This document shows, piece after piece, positions 28,793 to 37,943 of a stretch of DNA of 64,000 nt. The DNA is taken from positions 148,838-212,837 of the forward strand of contig JBAXNN010000001.1 in assembly GCA_037133755.1 (NCBI GenBank). Direction: 5' to 3'. A program made the translations under genes and the position numbers. A model generated the notes under the pieces. It ran no database searches and was not told the origin of the DNA. It saw only the letters and a list, made by a program, of their open reading frames with translations. Source of the stretch: Thermoleophilia bacterium (GTDB lineage Bacteria; Actinomycetota; Thermoleophilia; Gaiellales; F1-60-MAGs149). Numbering within the stretch: the first letter of the stretch is position 1; the number at the start of each line of letters is the position of its first letter.

Positions 28793-30799
28793 TCAGCCGG
28801 TGACGCCCGGCAGAGCCGGCGGGGGCGACACCACGACGGTGCGTGTCGTCGTGCGCGCAGTGCCACCGGTCGGCGTGAAGGTCGTCGTGACGACCACGGC
28901 ACGGCGCGTGGCGACGGCCTCGAGGTGGCAGATCAGCGTCACGGTCGTCGCGCGGGTCACCGTCTCGGTCGCAGTGCAGGCCGCACGCCGCGCCGATGAC
29001 ACCCGGCGATACACGCCACGCTGCGTGACACGACCAGCCGAAGGGAGGCGGATGCTGGTGATGATCGACGTACCGACGGTCCGCGACGACAGAGCACGAA
29101 ACCGATTCGACGGCGGCGTCGGAGCGGCAGCGGTCGCCGTCGGCGTGGATGCGGTGGTCGCCGCCGCCGCGCCGGGAGTCGTCGGAGCCGCGCTATCGAC
29201 GGTGAACGTCGCCGTCGCACTGGTCGCACCGGTGATCGTCACGCTGCACGTCGTCGAGGTACCCGTACAGGCTCCGCTCCAGCCCGCGAACGTCGAACCG
29301 CTGGCCGGCGTGGCCGTGAGCGTCACCGTGCTCGACAGCGTGAACGAGGCACTGCAGGTTGCCCCGCAGCTGATCCCGGCCAGTGACGAGACCACCGAGC
29401 CACTGCCGCTACCGGCAGTGGAAACGATGAGCAAGGCGCTCGTCGGGGCAGCGCGGGTGACGGCCTGGATCAACCCCGAGCCCACTTCGCCCCAGACAAC
29501 GGTCGTGGCTCCGTCAGGCGCGACGGCGATCTGAGGGTACCGGGCGTCCAGTCCCGCAGCGGAGAGGTCCGCAGGGGGATCAGCCACAGGATCGGGCCAG
29601 CTACCGCCTGCAGGGCGCGTTGCGGCCTGGACGGTGTGCGCCGAGTAGACATCTTCGTGCGCCCACACGACCGTTGTTGACCCGTCAAACGCGATCGCGA
29701 TCTGGGGGTTTTGGGCATCCTCAAGCGTCACGTAGAGCTCGGACGATGTGCCCCAGGTGTTCGACCCGGCAGGGCGGGTAGCAGCCTGGATGGAGTTGAC
29801 CGCGAAGCCGTCAGTGTTGTGCCACACGACCGTTGCGGACCCATCGGACGCGATCGCGAGCTTGGGGTATCGGGCATCCTCACCCATCGCAGAGAGGACG
29901 GCCGGTATGCCCCAGGTGTTCGACCCGGCGGGGCGGGTGGCAGCCTGAATGGAGTTAACCGAGAGGCCGTCTTGGCGCTGCCACACGACCGTGGCGGTTC
30001 CGTCGGATGCGATCGCGATCTGGGGGTTCTGCGCATCCTCACCCGTCGCGGAGAGGACGGCCGGTGCGCCCCAGGTGTTCGATCCGGCAGGGCGGGTGGC
30101 AGCCTGGATGGAGTACCCCGAGGGGCCCTCGGAGTGCTGCCACACGACCGTTGCGGACCCATCGGACGCGATTGCGATCTCGGAGTAGAAGGAGATCTCG
30201 CCCACCACGGAGAGGTTCACGGGAGTGTCAACCGCAGGGTCGGGCCAGCTGCCCCCTGCGGGGCGCGTTGCGGCCTGGATGACGTAGCCGCCGGAGCCGT
30301 CGTCGGCGTACCACACGGCAGTTGCGGCGCCGTCGGCCGCAATAGCGATCTGGGGTAGATAGGCAAACGTACTCACCATGGAGATTTCCACGGGAGGACC
30401 CCAGGTGTTCGAGCCGGCGGGGCGGGTAGCAGCACAGATGCGGTCGTCGCTTGCCCAGATGGCCGTGGCCGATCCGTCGGCCGCAATAGCGATCTGGGGG
30501 TATGTGTTGTTCTGCCCCGTCACCGAGAGGACGTCCAACGTGCCCCACGTATTCGATCCGGCAGGGCGCGTGGCGGCCTGGATGATGTAGTTCGTGCCGT
30601 CGAAGTGGGACCAGACTGCCGTGGCGGCTCCATCGGGCGCGACGGCGATCTGCTGACTGCTATTCCCAGTCGTCGCGGCAACGTCAACGGGCGCACCCCA
30701 CGTGACTGCCTCGGCCGACGACGACGACGCGAGGACGACGGCCATCGACACGGCGAATGCGAGTGCGGCGATGACGGTCGCCGCCGAAGGCTTCTTCAT
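28793..30799 (-). CDS. Secreted repeat protein (7-8 units of ~48-53 aa, beta-propeller-like), Ig-like GWSGAC-type domain, PAT linker, Cys-containing C-terminal domain ending in VTG
   Basis: The ATG at 30799 gives MKKPSAATVIAALAFAVSMAVVLASSSSAEA. The unit is IQAATRPAGSNTWG.P..LS..G..A..PQIAIA.DG.ATVVW. The three central units are 159-bp DNA repeats (ccccaggtgt at 29751, 29910 and 30069). Confidence 0.8.
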   Translation of the reverse strand: MKKPSAATVIAALAFAVSMAVVLASSSSAEAVTWGAPVDVAATTGNSSQQIAVAPDGAATAVWSHFDGTNYIIQAATRPAGSNTWGTLDVLSVTGQNNTYPQIAIAADGSATAIWASDDRICAATRPAGSNTWGPPVEISMVSTFAYLPQIAIAADGAATAVWYADDGSGGYVIQAATRPAGGSWPDPAVDTPVNLSVVGEISFYSEIAIASDGSATVVWQHSEGPSGYSIQAATRPAGSNTWGAPAVLSATGEDAQNPQIAIASDGTATVVWQRQDGLSVNSIQAATRPAGSNTWGIPAVLSAMGEDARYPKLAIASDGSATVVWHNTDGFAVNSIQAATRPAGSNTWGTSSELYVTLEDAQNPQIAIAFDGSTTVVWAHEDVYSAHTVQAATRPAGGSWPDPVADPPADLSAAGLDARYPQIAVAPDGATTVVWGEVGSGLIQAVTRAAPTSALLIVSTAGSGSGSVVSSLAGISCGATCSASFTLSSTVTLTATPASGSTFAGWSGACTGTSTTCSVTITGATSATATFTVDSAAPTTPGAAAATTASTPTATAAAPTPPSNRFRALSSRTVGTSIITSIRLPSAGRVTQRGVYRRVSSARRAACTATETVTRATTVTLICHLEAVATRRAVVVTTTFTPTGGTARTTTRTVVVSPPPALPGVTG

Positions 30800-30839
30800 G
30801 CGCGCCAACGTACGCGCGCGCTATAAGCCGCACGCGAAG

Positions 30840-30891
30840 GTGTCGTACTTCCCGCCCCACCAGCAGCCGCAAGTGTCGTACTTACCGCCCC
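30840..30891. promoter_or_regulatory. Cassette-2 direct repeats (candidate RR2 operator)
   Basis: gtgtcgtacttcccgcccc (30840-30858) and gtgtcgtacttaccgcccc (30873-30891) are 18/19 identical with a 33-bp period. Confidence 0.6.
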
Positions 30892-30913
30892 CCGTCGTGC
30901 TCTGGGTTGGTCG

Positions 30914-30919
30914 TAGACT
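30914..30919 (+). promoter_or_regulatory. Candidate -10 box TAGACT for RR2
   Basis: The hexamer end is 10 nt before the ATG at 30929, the same geometry as the other three cassettes. Confidence 0.5.
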
Positions 30920-30928
30920 GCTCGCATG

Positions 30929-31576
30929 ATGCTGCGCGTGCTGCTGATCGAGGACGAGGACCTCCTTCGCCTCGCCCTTGCCTCCATGCTGCCCGACGAG
31001 ACGATCGAGGTCGTCGGGGCGTTCGCGGATGGCGCGAGCGCCGTGGAGGCCGCGAAGACGACCGATTTCGACGTGCTCGTCACCGACCTCGACCTGGGGA
31101 ACGAGCAGGCGCCGAACGGCATCGTTGTCGCCAACGTCCTGCGTCGCACAAAGCCCGACATCGGCATCGTGCTGCTGACGTCGTATGCGGATCCGCGGCT
31201 CGTCGGCGCCAAGCTCAACCAAGTGCCCGACCGCACTGAGTACATCCGCAAGCAGTCGGTGCGGGACATGGACGCGCTGCGCGCCGCGATTCGCCGCGCG
31301 GCATACGCCCACACCGACGTGATGACGCCGCTGCCCGAGGTCGAATTGACCGATGGGCAGATCGAGACGATGCGACTCGTCGCGCAAGGGCTCACCAACA
31401 GCGAGATCGCGCGCCAGCGCGTCGTGTCGGAGCGCACCGTCGAGAAGTCGATCCAGCGGATCGCACAGGTGCTCGGCGCGACCGGGGACTCGACGACCAA
31501 CACGCGCGTGCTGCTCGTGCGCGCGTACTTCGAGCTCGCCGGGGGCAAGGGTGCCCAAGACAAGCTCCCGTCCTAG
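30929..31576 (+). CDS. Response regulator, receiver plus LuxR/NarL-type HTH (RR2)
   Basis: MLRVLLIEDEDLL..DVLVTDLDL..LTDGQIETMRLVAQGLTNSEIARQRVVSERTVEKSIQRIAQVLG. I prefer the second ATG (30929) over 30926, by alignment with the paralogs and the -10 spacing. Confidence 0.9.
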   Translation: MLRVLLIEDEDLLRLALASMLPDETIEVVGAFADGASAVEAAKTTDFDVLVTDLDLGNEQAPNGIVVANVLRRTKPDIGIVLLTSYADPRLVGAKLNQVPDRTEYIRKQSVRDMDALRAAIRRAAYAHTDVMTPLPEVELTDGQIETMRLVAQGLTNSEIARQRVVSERTVEKSIQRIAQVLGATGDSTTNTRVLLVRAYFELAGGKGAQDKLPS

Positions 31577-33260
31577 CGCGCGCGAGCTGCTGGGTGGCCG
31601 CTGGGCGATCTCGGTCCGCGGCTGGCTGATCCTCTCTGTCGTCACCGTGATCAGCGCGATCGGGATCCGAGCGCAGTTGGGCGTCTCGACGCCGGCCGCG
31701 GCAGCGTTCACGCTCGCGTTCTGGCTGCTGGCGACAGCCATGTTCGTGGCTGCGCACCTGACCATCTTCCGTAACCGCCGCACCAAGCCCGTCCACATCG
31801 CGTGGCTGATCGCGTTCGCCATCAGCATTGGGATCGTGCGCGTGGCCGTGGCGTTTGCCGTCCCCGAGATCCGTGCCGCGCTGGGCGATGGCTGGCCGGG
31901 CGCATTCACAGCCGTCGTCTCCTTCGTCCCGGGCACAGTGCTGCTCGTCGTGCTGGTCGCGTACCTCCTCGCCGTGACCGACTGGTACGCCTCCGAGCGC
32001 ATACGGCTTCTGCACTTCGAGATCGACGCCGAAGCCGCGCGCCTGCGTGCCATCGGCGCGCTCAATGCCGCGCGCTCGGTGATCACCACCCGCATTCAAA
32101 CAGCGCTCGAGGGCCAGCTGAGCGAACTCGAACGCGCCGCCAAGGTCGATGACGCCGACGTGCGCCTCTCCGACGTGCTCCTCGACACCGCCGTCGGGTA
32201 CGTGCGCCCCGAGAGCCACCGGCTCTGGCAGGAGCGCGATCCCGCCCTGCGCCGCGGCACCCTTGCCGACGTCGAACGAGCGAGCCTCTCCGCCCCCCTG
32301 CCGATCGCGCTGCCCTTCGCGCTGTGGGCGGTCGTCATCGTCCCCGTGGCCATGGTGCGCTTCGGCGCCGGACACGGAATGTTGAGCGCACTCGCCGTGC
32401 TGACCGCCATGGCCGTGCTCTATCCGCTCGGTCGCGCTGCCGTCCGCCGCTACACGCCCGCACCACGCTATATCCGCGCGCGCCTGCTCACGCTCGTGTT
32501 CATGGCGGGCGCCGCCCTCGCCGGACCAGGCACGACGCTGCTGGGTGGGGCGAACACCACGCTGCAGCTGCAGCAGATCATGGCCGCCTTGATGATCGTC
32601 GTCGCGACGATCGCCGTCAGCTGGGCCCAGGCCGCACTCCGCGCGCAGGATGCGCGTCTGCGCTCCCTGCGCTCCCATGCCGAGGAGGCCGACTTCGAGC
32701 GCCTCGCGCTCGAGGCCGCGACCGAGCAGATGCAGCGCGAGCTCGCGCTCTATCTCCACGGCACGGTGCAGGCCGGCCTCGTGGCGTCGGCGTACTCGAT
32801 CCAGGACGCCGCCAATCGCGGCGACTCCGAGGCGCTCGAGACGGCGATCGCCGACGCCCGCTCCGCCATCGCGCAGCTGGGCAATGACGACGAGCGCGCG
32901 GCGATGGTCGACTTCGCCGAGCTGTCGCAGCGGTTTGACGCGAAGTGGCGCGGCATGATCGCGATCACCTGGGAGCTGCCAGGCGAGGCGACGACCGACG
33001 TGGCGCTGCAGCGCGTCAGCGACGTGGTGCAGGAGTGCCTCGCCAACGCCACGATCCACGGTGCCGCGACGGAGGCGACCGTGCGCGTCGTCGTCGAGGA
33101 CGACAGCGCGATCGTCGAGGTCACCGACGACGGCACCGGTGTCGGTGACGGCAAGCCCGGCCTCGGCAGCGCCGTCCTCAACGAGGCGACGGGCGGCCGA
33201 TGGACGATCGCGTCGATGCCGACCGGTGGCGCGCAGGTGCGCGCCGTCGTGCCGGTCTAG
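31551..33260 (+). CDS. Membrane sensor histidine kinase paralog (HK2)
   Basis: The GTG at 31551 (VPKTSSRPSARELLGGRWAIS) aligns with the starts of the other three kinases and overlaps RR2 by 26 nt. The longer track ORF from 31353 runs through RR2 in another frame. Architecture and H/N/G boxes match HK1. Confidence 0.8.
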   Translation: MPKTSSRPSARELLGGRWAISVRGWLILSVVTVISAIGIRAQLGVSTPAAAAFTLAFWLLATAMFVAAHLTIFRNRRTKPVHIAWLIAFAISIGIVRVAVAFAVPEIRAALGDGWPGAFTAVVSFVPGTVLLVVLVAYLLAVTDWYASERIRLLHFEIDAEAARLRAIGALNAARSVITTRIQTALEGQLSELERAAKVDDADVRLSDVLLDTAVGYVRPESHRLWQERDPALRRGTLADVERASLSAPLPIALPFALWAVVIVPVAMVRFGAGHGMLSALAVLTAMAVLYPLGRAAVRRYTPAPRYIRARLLTLVFMAGAALAGPGTTLLGGANTTLQLQQIMAALMIVVATIAVSWAQAALRAQDARLRSLRSHAEEADFERLALEAATEQMQRELALYLHGTVQAGLVASAYSIQDAANRGDSEALETAIADARSAIAQLGNDDERAAMVDFAELSQRFDAKWRGMIAITWELPGEATTDVALQRVSDVVQECLANATIHGAATEATVRVVVEDDSAIVEVTDDGTGVGDGKPGLGSAVLNEATGGRWTIASMPTGGAQVRAVVPV

Positions 33261-35425
33261 CCGACCTTGATCTTGATCGTCCGCAGCTTGGTCGTACCGT
33301 TGGCGCGCTTGACCTTCACCTGCACCTTGTAGGTACCGGGTACCGTCGCGACGAGCTTGCCATTGACGACCTTGAGGCCCGCCGGCAACGCATCGGGCAC
33401 GTACTCGACCTTGGACGTCGAGCGGACCCAGATGTTCGCACCGCGGAGGAGATCCGCGCCTGCAGCCGGCACGGCTGCGGCTAGATTCGCCTCACCACGC
33501 GTCTCGCCGACGGTGATGCCCGGCGCCGGCGAGAACACCTGGGGTGTCTCCGGCGAAGGCTCTGCCACCGGCGTGACGACTGGTGCGACCGGCGCAGCCG
33601 GTGTCGGCACGCGAATCGACGAAGCGCTCGTGGATTCCTGCGAGTCGACGCGATTCGTACCCGTTACGCGCACACGCAGGTACCGGCCCGCGTCCGCTGC
33701 GGCGACGATGTAGGTGTTCGTCGCGGCACCCGTGCCGGGAGCCGTCTGCCACGTTGAGCCGTCCACAGACGATTCCCATGCGTAGGCGTAACCCGTGGCG
33801 AAATCCCACGTGCCCGTCGAGGCCGTCAGCGTGGAGCCGATCGTGACCGTGCCCGTGATCGCCGGCACCTCCGTCGGCGACGGCGGGAGGATGTCGACAA
33901 GCGTCTGCGTGTACGCCGTCGCGACGTTTGAGCCGCCGTCGTTCGTTGCCGTCACCTGCGCCCGCAGGTACTTGTTGTCGTCGGTCATGTCCACGTCGTA
34001 CGTCGCCGAATCCGCGCCGTCACCGAGCGCGGGCTCCCACGTATCCGGAGCCCCGGAGGCCGACACCTGCCACGCATACGCGTACGCCGTTGGCTGCTGC
34101 TGCGATGCCCATGAACCTGTATCGACCGACAGCGTTTCGCCGACCTGGACCGTGCCCGTCAGCTGTGGCGTGACGCTGCTGACCGGCGCCACCGGCAGCA
34201 CCGCATTGGTCGCCATCGAGTACCCGACCGTGGCGCCGCCGTCGTTGGTCGCCGTCACCTTGACGCGCAGGAACTGGGCGTACTCGGCGGCAGCCGGGTA
34301 GTAGCTCGCCGTCGCGGTGCCCGTGCCCGCACCTGTCACCCAGCCGGACTCGCCGTTCGGCGATACCTGCCAGAGGTAGGTATACCCGCTGGCGTCGGCC
34401 GGCGGATTCATCCACGTCCCGGTCCCTGCCGAGAGCACCACATCAACCTTGGGCGTGCCGGTGATCGCCGGCGCCACCGTGTTGATCGGCGACGGTAGCG
34501 GCAGCAGCTTGGCCGTACCGCCAACGACCTTCAGCTGCGCGTGCTCGTTGCTCGAGGAGATACCAGCGCCGGTGATCAGACTCGAGTTCGCGTTGGCACC
34601 GCTGAGATCGGCGCGGCCGATCGCACCGCCGCCACTACGCCGCGCCCAGTAGATCGAGCTGCCGGTCACCGTCACACCGAACGTGTCCGAGCCGGAGCTG
34701 AGCCACGAAGCATTCGAGCCGGTGCCATTGAGTTTCGCCCGCCCGATGGTCGTACCGTTGTTGATGGCCCAGTAGACGTGCCGGCCATCGACGTCGATGC
34801 TGCGCACATCGCCGACACACAGGCTGAAGTTCGGATCGACGCCACTCCCGTCGATGTGGTAACGCTGCATGCAGCTGTACACGCCCGTGTTCCCCACGTA
34901 CAGCCAGTCATCACCCGCCGCGATCGCAGTCGTGTAACTGTCGTTCGGACCTGCGGGCGTCGCCGTGAAGTTCAAGATCGGATTCGTGCCCGCGACATCC
35001 ACCCTGCCGAGCCGGCTCGTGTTCATGCACGCCCAGTAGACGTATAGATCCGTCGCGTAGATGCCGCCGACCCCCAGGCCCCCACACCCGGTGGCGACGA
35101 GCGTCGACGAGCTGCCCGTGCCATCGAGCCGCATCTGGCAGATGTCGCTGTTGGAACGGCTGTAGTACATGGTGCTGTTCGCAGACCAGCTCCAGTCGCC
35201 GTTGCAGCCGGTGCTGACCGCATTGTTCGGGCTGCCCGATAGCACGCCCGTGGCGTCATCGATCTCCTGCGTGCCGACCGACGAGTTGCCCGCCCAGTAG
35301 ATGGAGGCCGCCGATGCCTGTGCGACTGAGCATGTGAGCAGTCCGCACAGAGCGAGGACGCCCACGAGGACAGGGCGGTGAAGCCGTGGGCGGAGAACGG
35401 CAGAGAACGACAAGAAACGCGGCAT
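33257..35425 (-). CDS. Secreted YWTD-propeller/Ig-like mosaic protein (paralog of the giant protein) with the same C-terminal domain
   Basis: 722 aa with signal-like MPRFLSFSAVLRPRLHRPVLVGVLALCGLLTCSVAQASA. Contains IYWAGNSS, VYWAC, IGRAKLNGT and IGRADLSG blades and four Ig-like modules. The last ~95 aa align with the giant protein C-terminus (PQVFSPAPGITVGETRGEA...IKIKVG). Confidence 0.85.
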   Translation of the reverse strand: MPRFLSFSAVLRPRLHRPVLVGVLALCGLLTCSVAQASAASIYWAGNSSVGTQEIDDATGVLSGSPNNAVSTGCNGDWSWSANSTMYYSRSNSDICQMRLDGTGSSSTLVATGCGGLGVGGIYATDLYVYWACMNTSRLGRVDVAGTNPILNFTATPAGPNDSYTTAIAAGDDWLYVGNTGVYSCMQRYHIDGSGVDPNFSLCVGDVRSIDVDGRHVYWAINNGTTIGRAKLNGTGSNASWLSSGSDTFGVTVTGSSIYWARRSGGGAIGRADLSGANANSSLITGAGISSSNEHAQLKVVGGTAKLLPLPSPINTVAPAITGTPKVDVVLSAGTGTWMNPPADASGYTYLWQVSPNGESGWVTGAGTGTATASYYPAAAEYAQFLRVKVTATNDGGATVGYSMATNAVLPVAPVSSVTPQLTGTVQVGETLSVDTGSWASQQQPTAYAYAWQVSASGAPDTWEPALGDGADSATYDVDMTDDNKYLRAQVTATNDGGSNVATAYTQTLVDILPPSPTEVPAITGTVTIGSTLTASTGTWDFATGYAYAWESSVDGSTWQTAPGTGAATNTYIVAAADAGRYLRVRVTGTNRVDSQESTSASSIRVPTPAAPVAPVVTPVAEPSPETPQVFSPAPGITVGETRGEANLAAAVPAAGADLLRGANIWVRSTSKVEYVPDALPAGLKVVNGKLVATVPGTYKVQVKVKRANGTTKLRTIKIKVG

Positions 35426-35465
35426 TCGTCCACGCTAAGCCACGTCCCGCATCTGCTGACCGACC

Positions 35466-35515
35466 TGTCGTACTGCCCGTATCGCGCCTCGAGCGTGTGT
35501 CGTACTGCCCGTATC
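35466..35515. promoter_or_regulatory. Cassette-3 direct repeats (candidate RR3 operator)
   Basis: tgtcgtactgcccgtatc at 35466-35483 and 35498-35515, 18/18 identical, 32-bp period. Confidence 0.6.
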
Positions 35516-35526
35516 TGTCACTGACC

Positions 35527-35532
35527 TAGACT
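35527..35532 (+). promoter_or_regulatory. Candidate -10 box TAGACT for RR3
   Basis: The hexamer end is 10 nt before the ATG at 35542. Confidence 0.5.
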
Positions 35533-35541
35533 GGCTCCACG

Positions 35542-36189
35542 ATGCTGCGCGTGCTTCTACTCGAGGACGAAGCCCTGCTGCTGATGATGCTCGCGTCCAC
35601 GCTGCCCGACGAGACGATGACCGTCGTCGGCGCATTCGAGGACGCCAAGAGCGCGGTTGCCGCGGCGGCCGAGACGCCGTTCGACGTGCTCGTCACCGAC
35701 CTCAACCTGACCGCCGGTCTCGGCCCGAACGGCATCGTCGTCGCCAACGTCATCCGGCGCGCGCATCCGGAGGCCGGCATCGTGATGCTCACGTCCTATG
35801 CCGATCCGCGGCTCGTCGGCGCGAAGCTCGAGCAGGTGCCCGACCGAACGGAGTACGTCCGCAAACACGACGTGCGCGACATCGAGGTGCTGCGTGCCGT
35901 GATTCGCCGGGCCGCCTACGGCTCCCTCGATCGCCTGGCCGACCTGCCGGCGATCGAACTCACCGACACGCAGGTCGAGACGATGCGACTTGTCGCCCAG
36001 GGCCTCAGCAATGCCGAGATTGCACGGCTGCGCGTCGTGTCCGAGCGCGCCGTCGAGCAGACGGTCAACCGGATCGCCCGCAGCCTTGGCTGCGGCAACG
36101 ACTCGAGCGTCAACTCGCGGGCGCAGATCGTCCGCGCGTACTACGAGCTGACTGGCAGCGGCGGTGCCCACAACTCTCTCTCGTCCTAG
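35542..36189 (+). CDS. Response regulator, receiver plus LuxR/NarL-type HTH (RR3)
   Basis: MLRVLLLEDEALL..DVLVTDLNL..LTDTQVETMRLVAQGLSNAEIARLRVVSERAVEQTVNRIARSLG. Confidence 0.9.
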   Translation: MLRVLLLEDEALLLMMLASTLPDETMTVVGAFEDAKSAVAAAAETPFDVLVTDLNLTAGLGPNGIVVANVIRRAHPEAGIVMLTSYADPRLVGAKLEQVPDRTEYVRKHDVRDIEVLRAVIRRAAYGSLDRLADLPAIELTDTQVETMRLVAQGLSNAEIARLRVVSERAVEQTVNRIARSLGCGNDSSVNSRAQIVRAYYELTGSGGAHNSLSS

Positions 36190-37873
36190 CACCCGCGAAC
36201 TGCTTGGCGGGCGCTGGGCGATCTCGCTGCGCGGCTGGGTGATCAGTTCGGTTCTCTTGCTGATCGCGCCGCTGCTCTCGTTCCGTGCTCTGCCGCACAC
36301 AACACCCGGGGCGCAACTGGAAATCGGGGTCGCGCAATGGGCGCTGATCTCGGTGCTCATGCTCGTCTTTCACCTCACCGTGTTCCGCCGCAGACGGCTT
36401 GCGCCGGTGGCGATCGGTGTGGTGATCGCCTTCGCCTCGGTGCTGGGCCTCGCACGTGTGGTCGCGGTCTACGTCGTTCAGCGTGCCCAGCCCAGTCCGC
36501 CACTGGCGGCGATTGACCTGGTCCACGTCGCCATCGCGATGGTGCCCGCCACGATCGTGATCTTCCTGATGATCATCTACCTGCTCGCCATCGAGGACTG
36601 GTACGCGACAGAGCGCGAGCGCCTACTGCGCTTCGAGGTCGACGCCGAGGCCGCCCGCCTGCGTGCGCTCGGCGCGCTCGACGCCACGCGCGCCGTCGTC
36701 ACCGCGCGCATCCGCGAGGATCTCGAGAGCCAGCTCGCGGGCCTCGACTCGTCCGGCGATGCACGGCTGCAGTTGTCCGACACCGTGCTCGACGCCGCTG
36801 CCACATACGTCCGCCCCGAGAGCCATGCGCTGTGGACGCAGCGGGAGACACCGTCGCGCCGCAGCAGCTTCCGCGAACTCGAGCGCGCCAGCCTCTCCGA
36901 CCCGCTGCCGCTGCTCATGCCCTTCGTGCTGTGGGCCGTGAGCGCCGGTCCGTTCGCAGTCATCCGCACCGATATCACCCGCACCTCGCTCGCGGTCGTC
37001 GCCGTACTCGTCGGCATGCTGATCGCGTACCCGCTTGGCCGTCGAGCGATCCGCCGCTACGCACCCGCGCCGCACTTCGGCCGCGCCCGTGCTCTCGCCG
37101 TCGCCGCGATGCTGATCGCCGGTCTGCCGACCATTGCGCTCAATCGCTTCAATCCGCGCTTCGAGACGATCAACGGCCTGCTTCTGGCGGTCGTGAGCGT
37201 CACGATGATCGTCCTGTTCACGATCATCGTCAGCTGGGCGCTGGCGGGCCAGCGCGTGCAGAGCGAGCGCCTGCGCGCCCTACGGTCACAGGCGGAGGAG
37301 GCGGAGTTTCAGCGCCTCGCCCTCGAAGCAGCCACCGAGCAGATGCAGCGCGACCTCGCGCTCTACCTCCACGGCACCGTGCAGGCCGGCCTGGTCGCCT
37401 CGGCCTACGCCATGCAAGACGCGGCTTCCCGCGGCGATGAGGTTGCGCTCGAGCACGCGATCGCCGACGCTCGTGCTGCCACTGCTCGGGTGAGCGACGA
37501 GCCTCCCACGCTCGCCGGCCCCGACCTCGCCTCGGTGCGCGCCGAGATCGACGAGACCTGGCAGGGCATGCTCACAATCCGCTGGATCCTGCCCGACGTG
37601 GAGCTCGCCGTGCCCGTCGTCGATCGGCTCGGCAACGTCGTGCGCGAGTGCCTCTCCAACGCATCGATCCACGGCGCCGCAACCGAGGCGACCGTGCGGA
37701 TCGTCGTCGAAGACGATTGCGTGATCGTAGAGGTCACCGATAACGGCAGCGGCCTCGGCGACGGCAAGCCCGGCCTCGGCAGCGCCGTGCTCAACGAGGC
37801 GACGCGCAGCCAATGGTCGATCGCGACGGTACCGACCGGTGGTGCGCAGGTGCGCGCCGTCGTGCCGGTCTGA
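36164..37873 (+). CDS. Membrane sensor histidine kinase paralog (HK3)
   Basis: The GTG at 36164 overlaps RR3 by 26 nt. It has the same TM/insert/TM layout, the H-box LALYLHGTVQAGL, and the C-terminal HATPase (ECLSNASIHG, DNGSG, GLGSAVL). Confidence 0.8.
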   Translation: MPTTLSRPSTRELLGGRWAISLRGWVISSVLLLIAPLLSFRALPHTTPGAQLEIGVAQWALISVLMLVFHLTVFRRRRLAPVAIGVVIAFASVLGLARVVAVYVVQRAQPSPPLAAIDLVHVAIAMVPATIVIFLMIIYLLAIEDWYATERERLLRFEVDAEAARLRALGALDATRAVVTARIREDLESQLAGLDSSGDARLQLSDTVLDAAATYVRPESHALWTQRETPSRRSSFRELERASLSDPLPLLMPFVLWAVSAGPFAVIRTDITRTSLAVVAVLVGMLIAYPLGRRAIRRYAPAPHFGRARALAVAAMLIAGLPTIALNRFNPRFETINGLLLAVVSVTMIVLFTIIVSWALAGQRVQSERLRALRSQAEEAEFQRLALEAATEQMQRDLALYLHGTVQAGLVASAYAMQDAASRGDEVALEHAIADARAATARVSDEPPTLAGPDLASVRAEIDETWQGMLTIRWILPDVELAVPVVDRLGNVVRECLSNASIHGAATEATVRIVVEDDCVIVEVTDNGSGLGDGKPGLGSAVLNEATRSQWSIATVPTGGAQVRAVVPV

Positions 37874-37900
37874 CTACGGCGATTGCCGGGCCAGGACGCG

Positions 37901-37940
37901 CAGGTGCCGGAGAGGTCCCGCAGGACCTCTCCGGCACCTG
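37901..37940. terminator. Strong bidirectional hairpin between HK3 and CLP2
   Basis: Perfect 18-bp stem (caggtgccggagaggtcc at 37901-37918, ggacctctccggcacctg at 37923-37940) with a 4-nt loop. Confidence 0.7.
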
Positions 37941-37943
37941 CAA

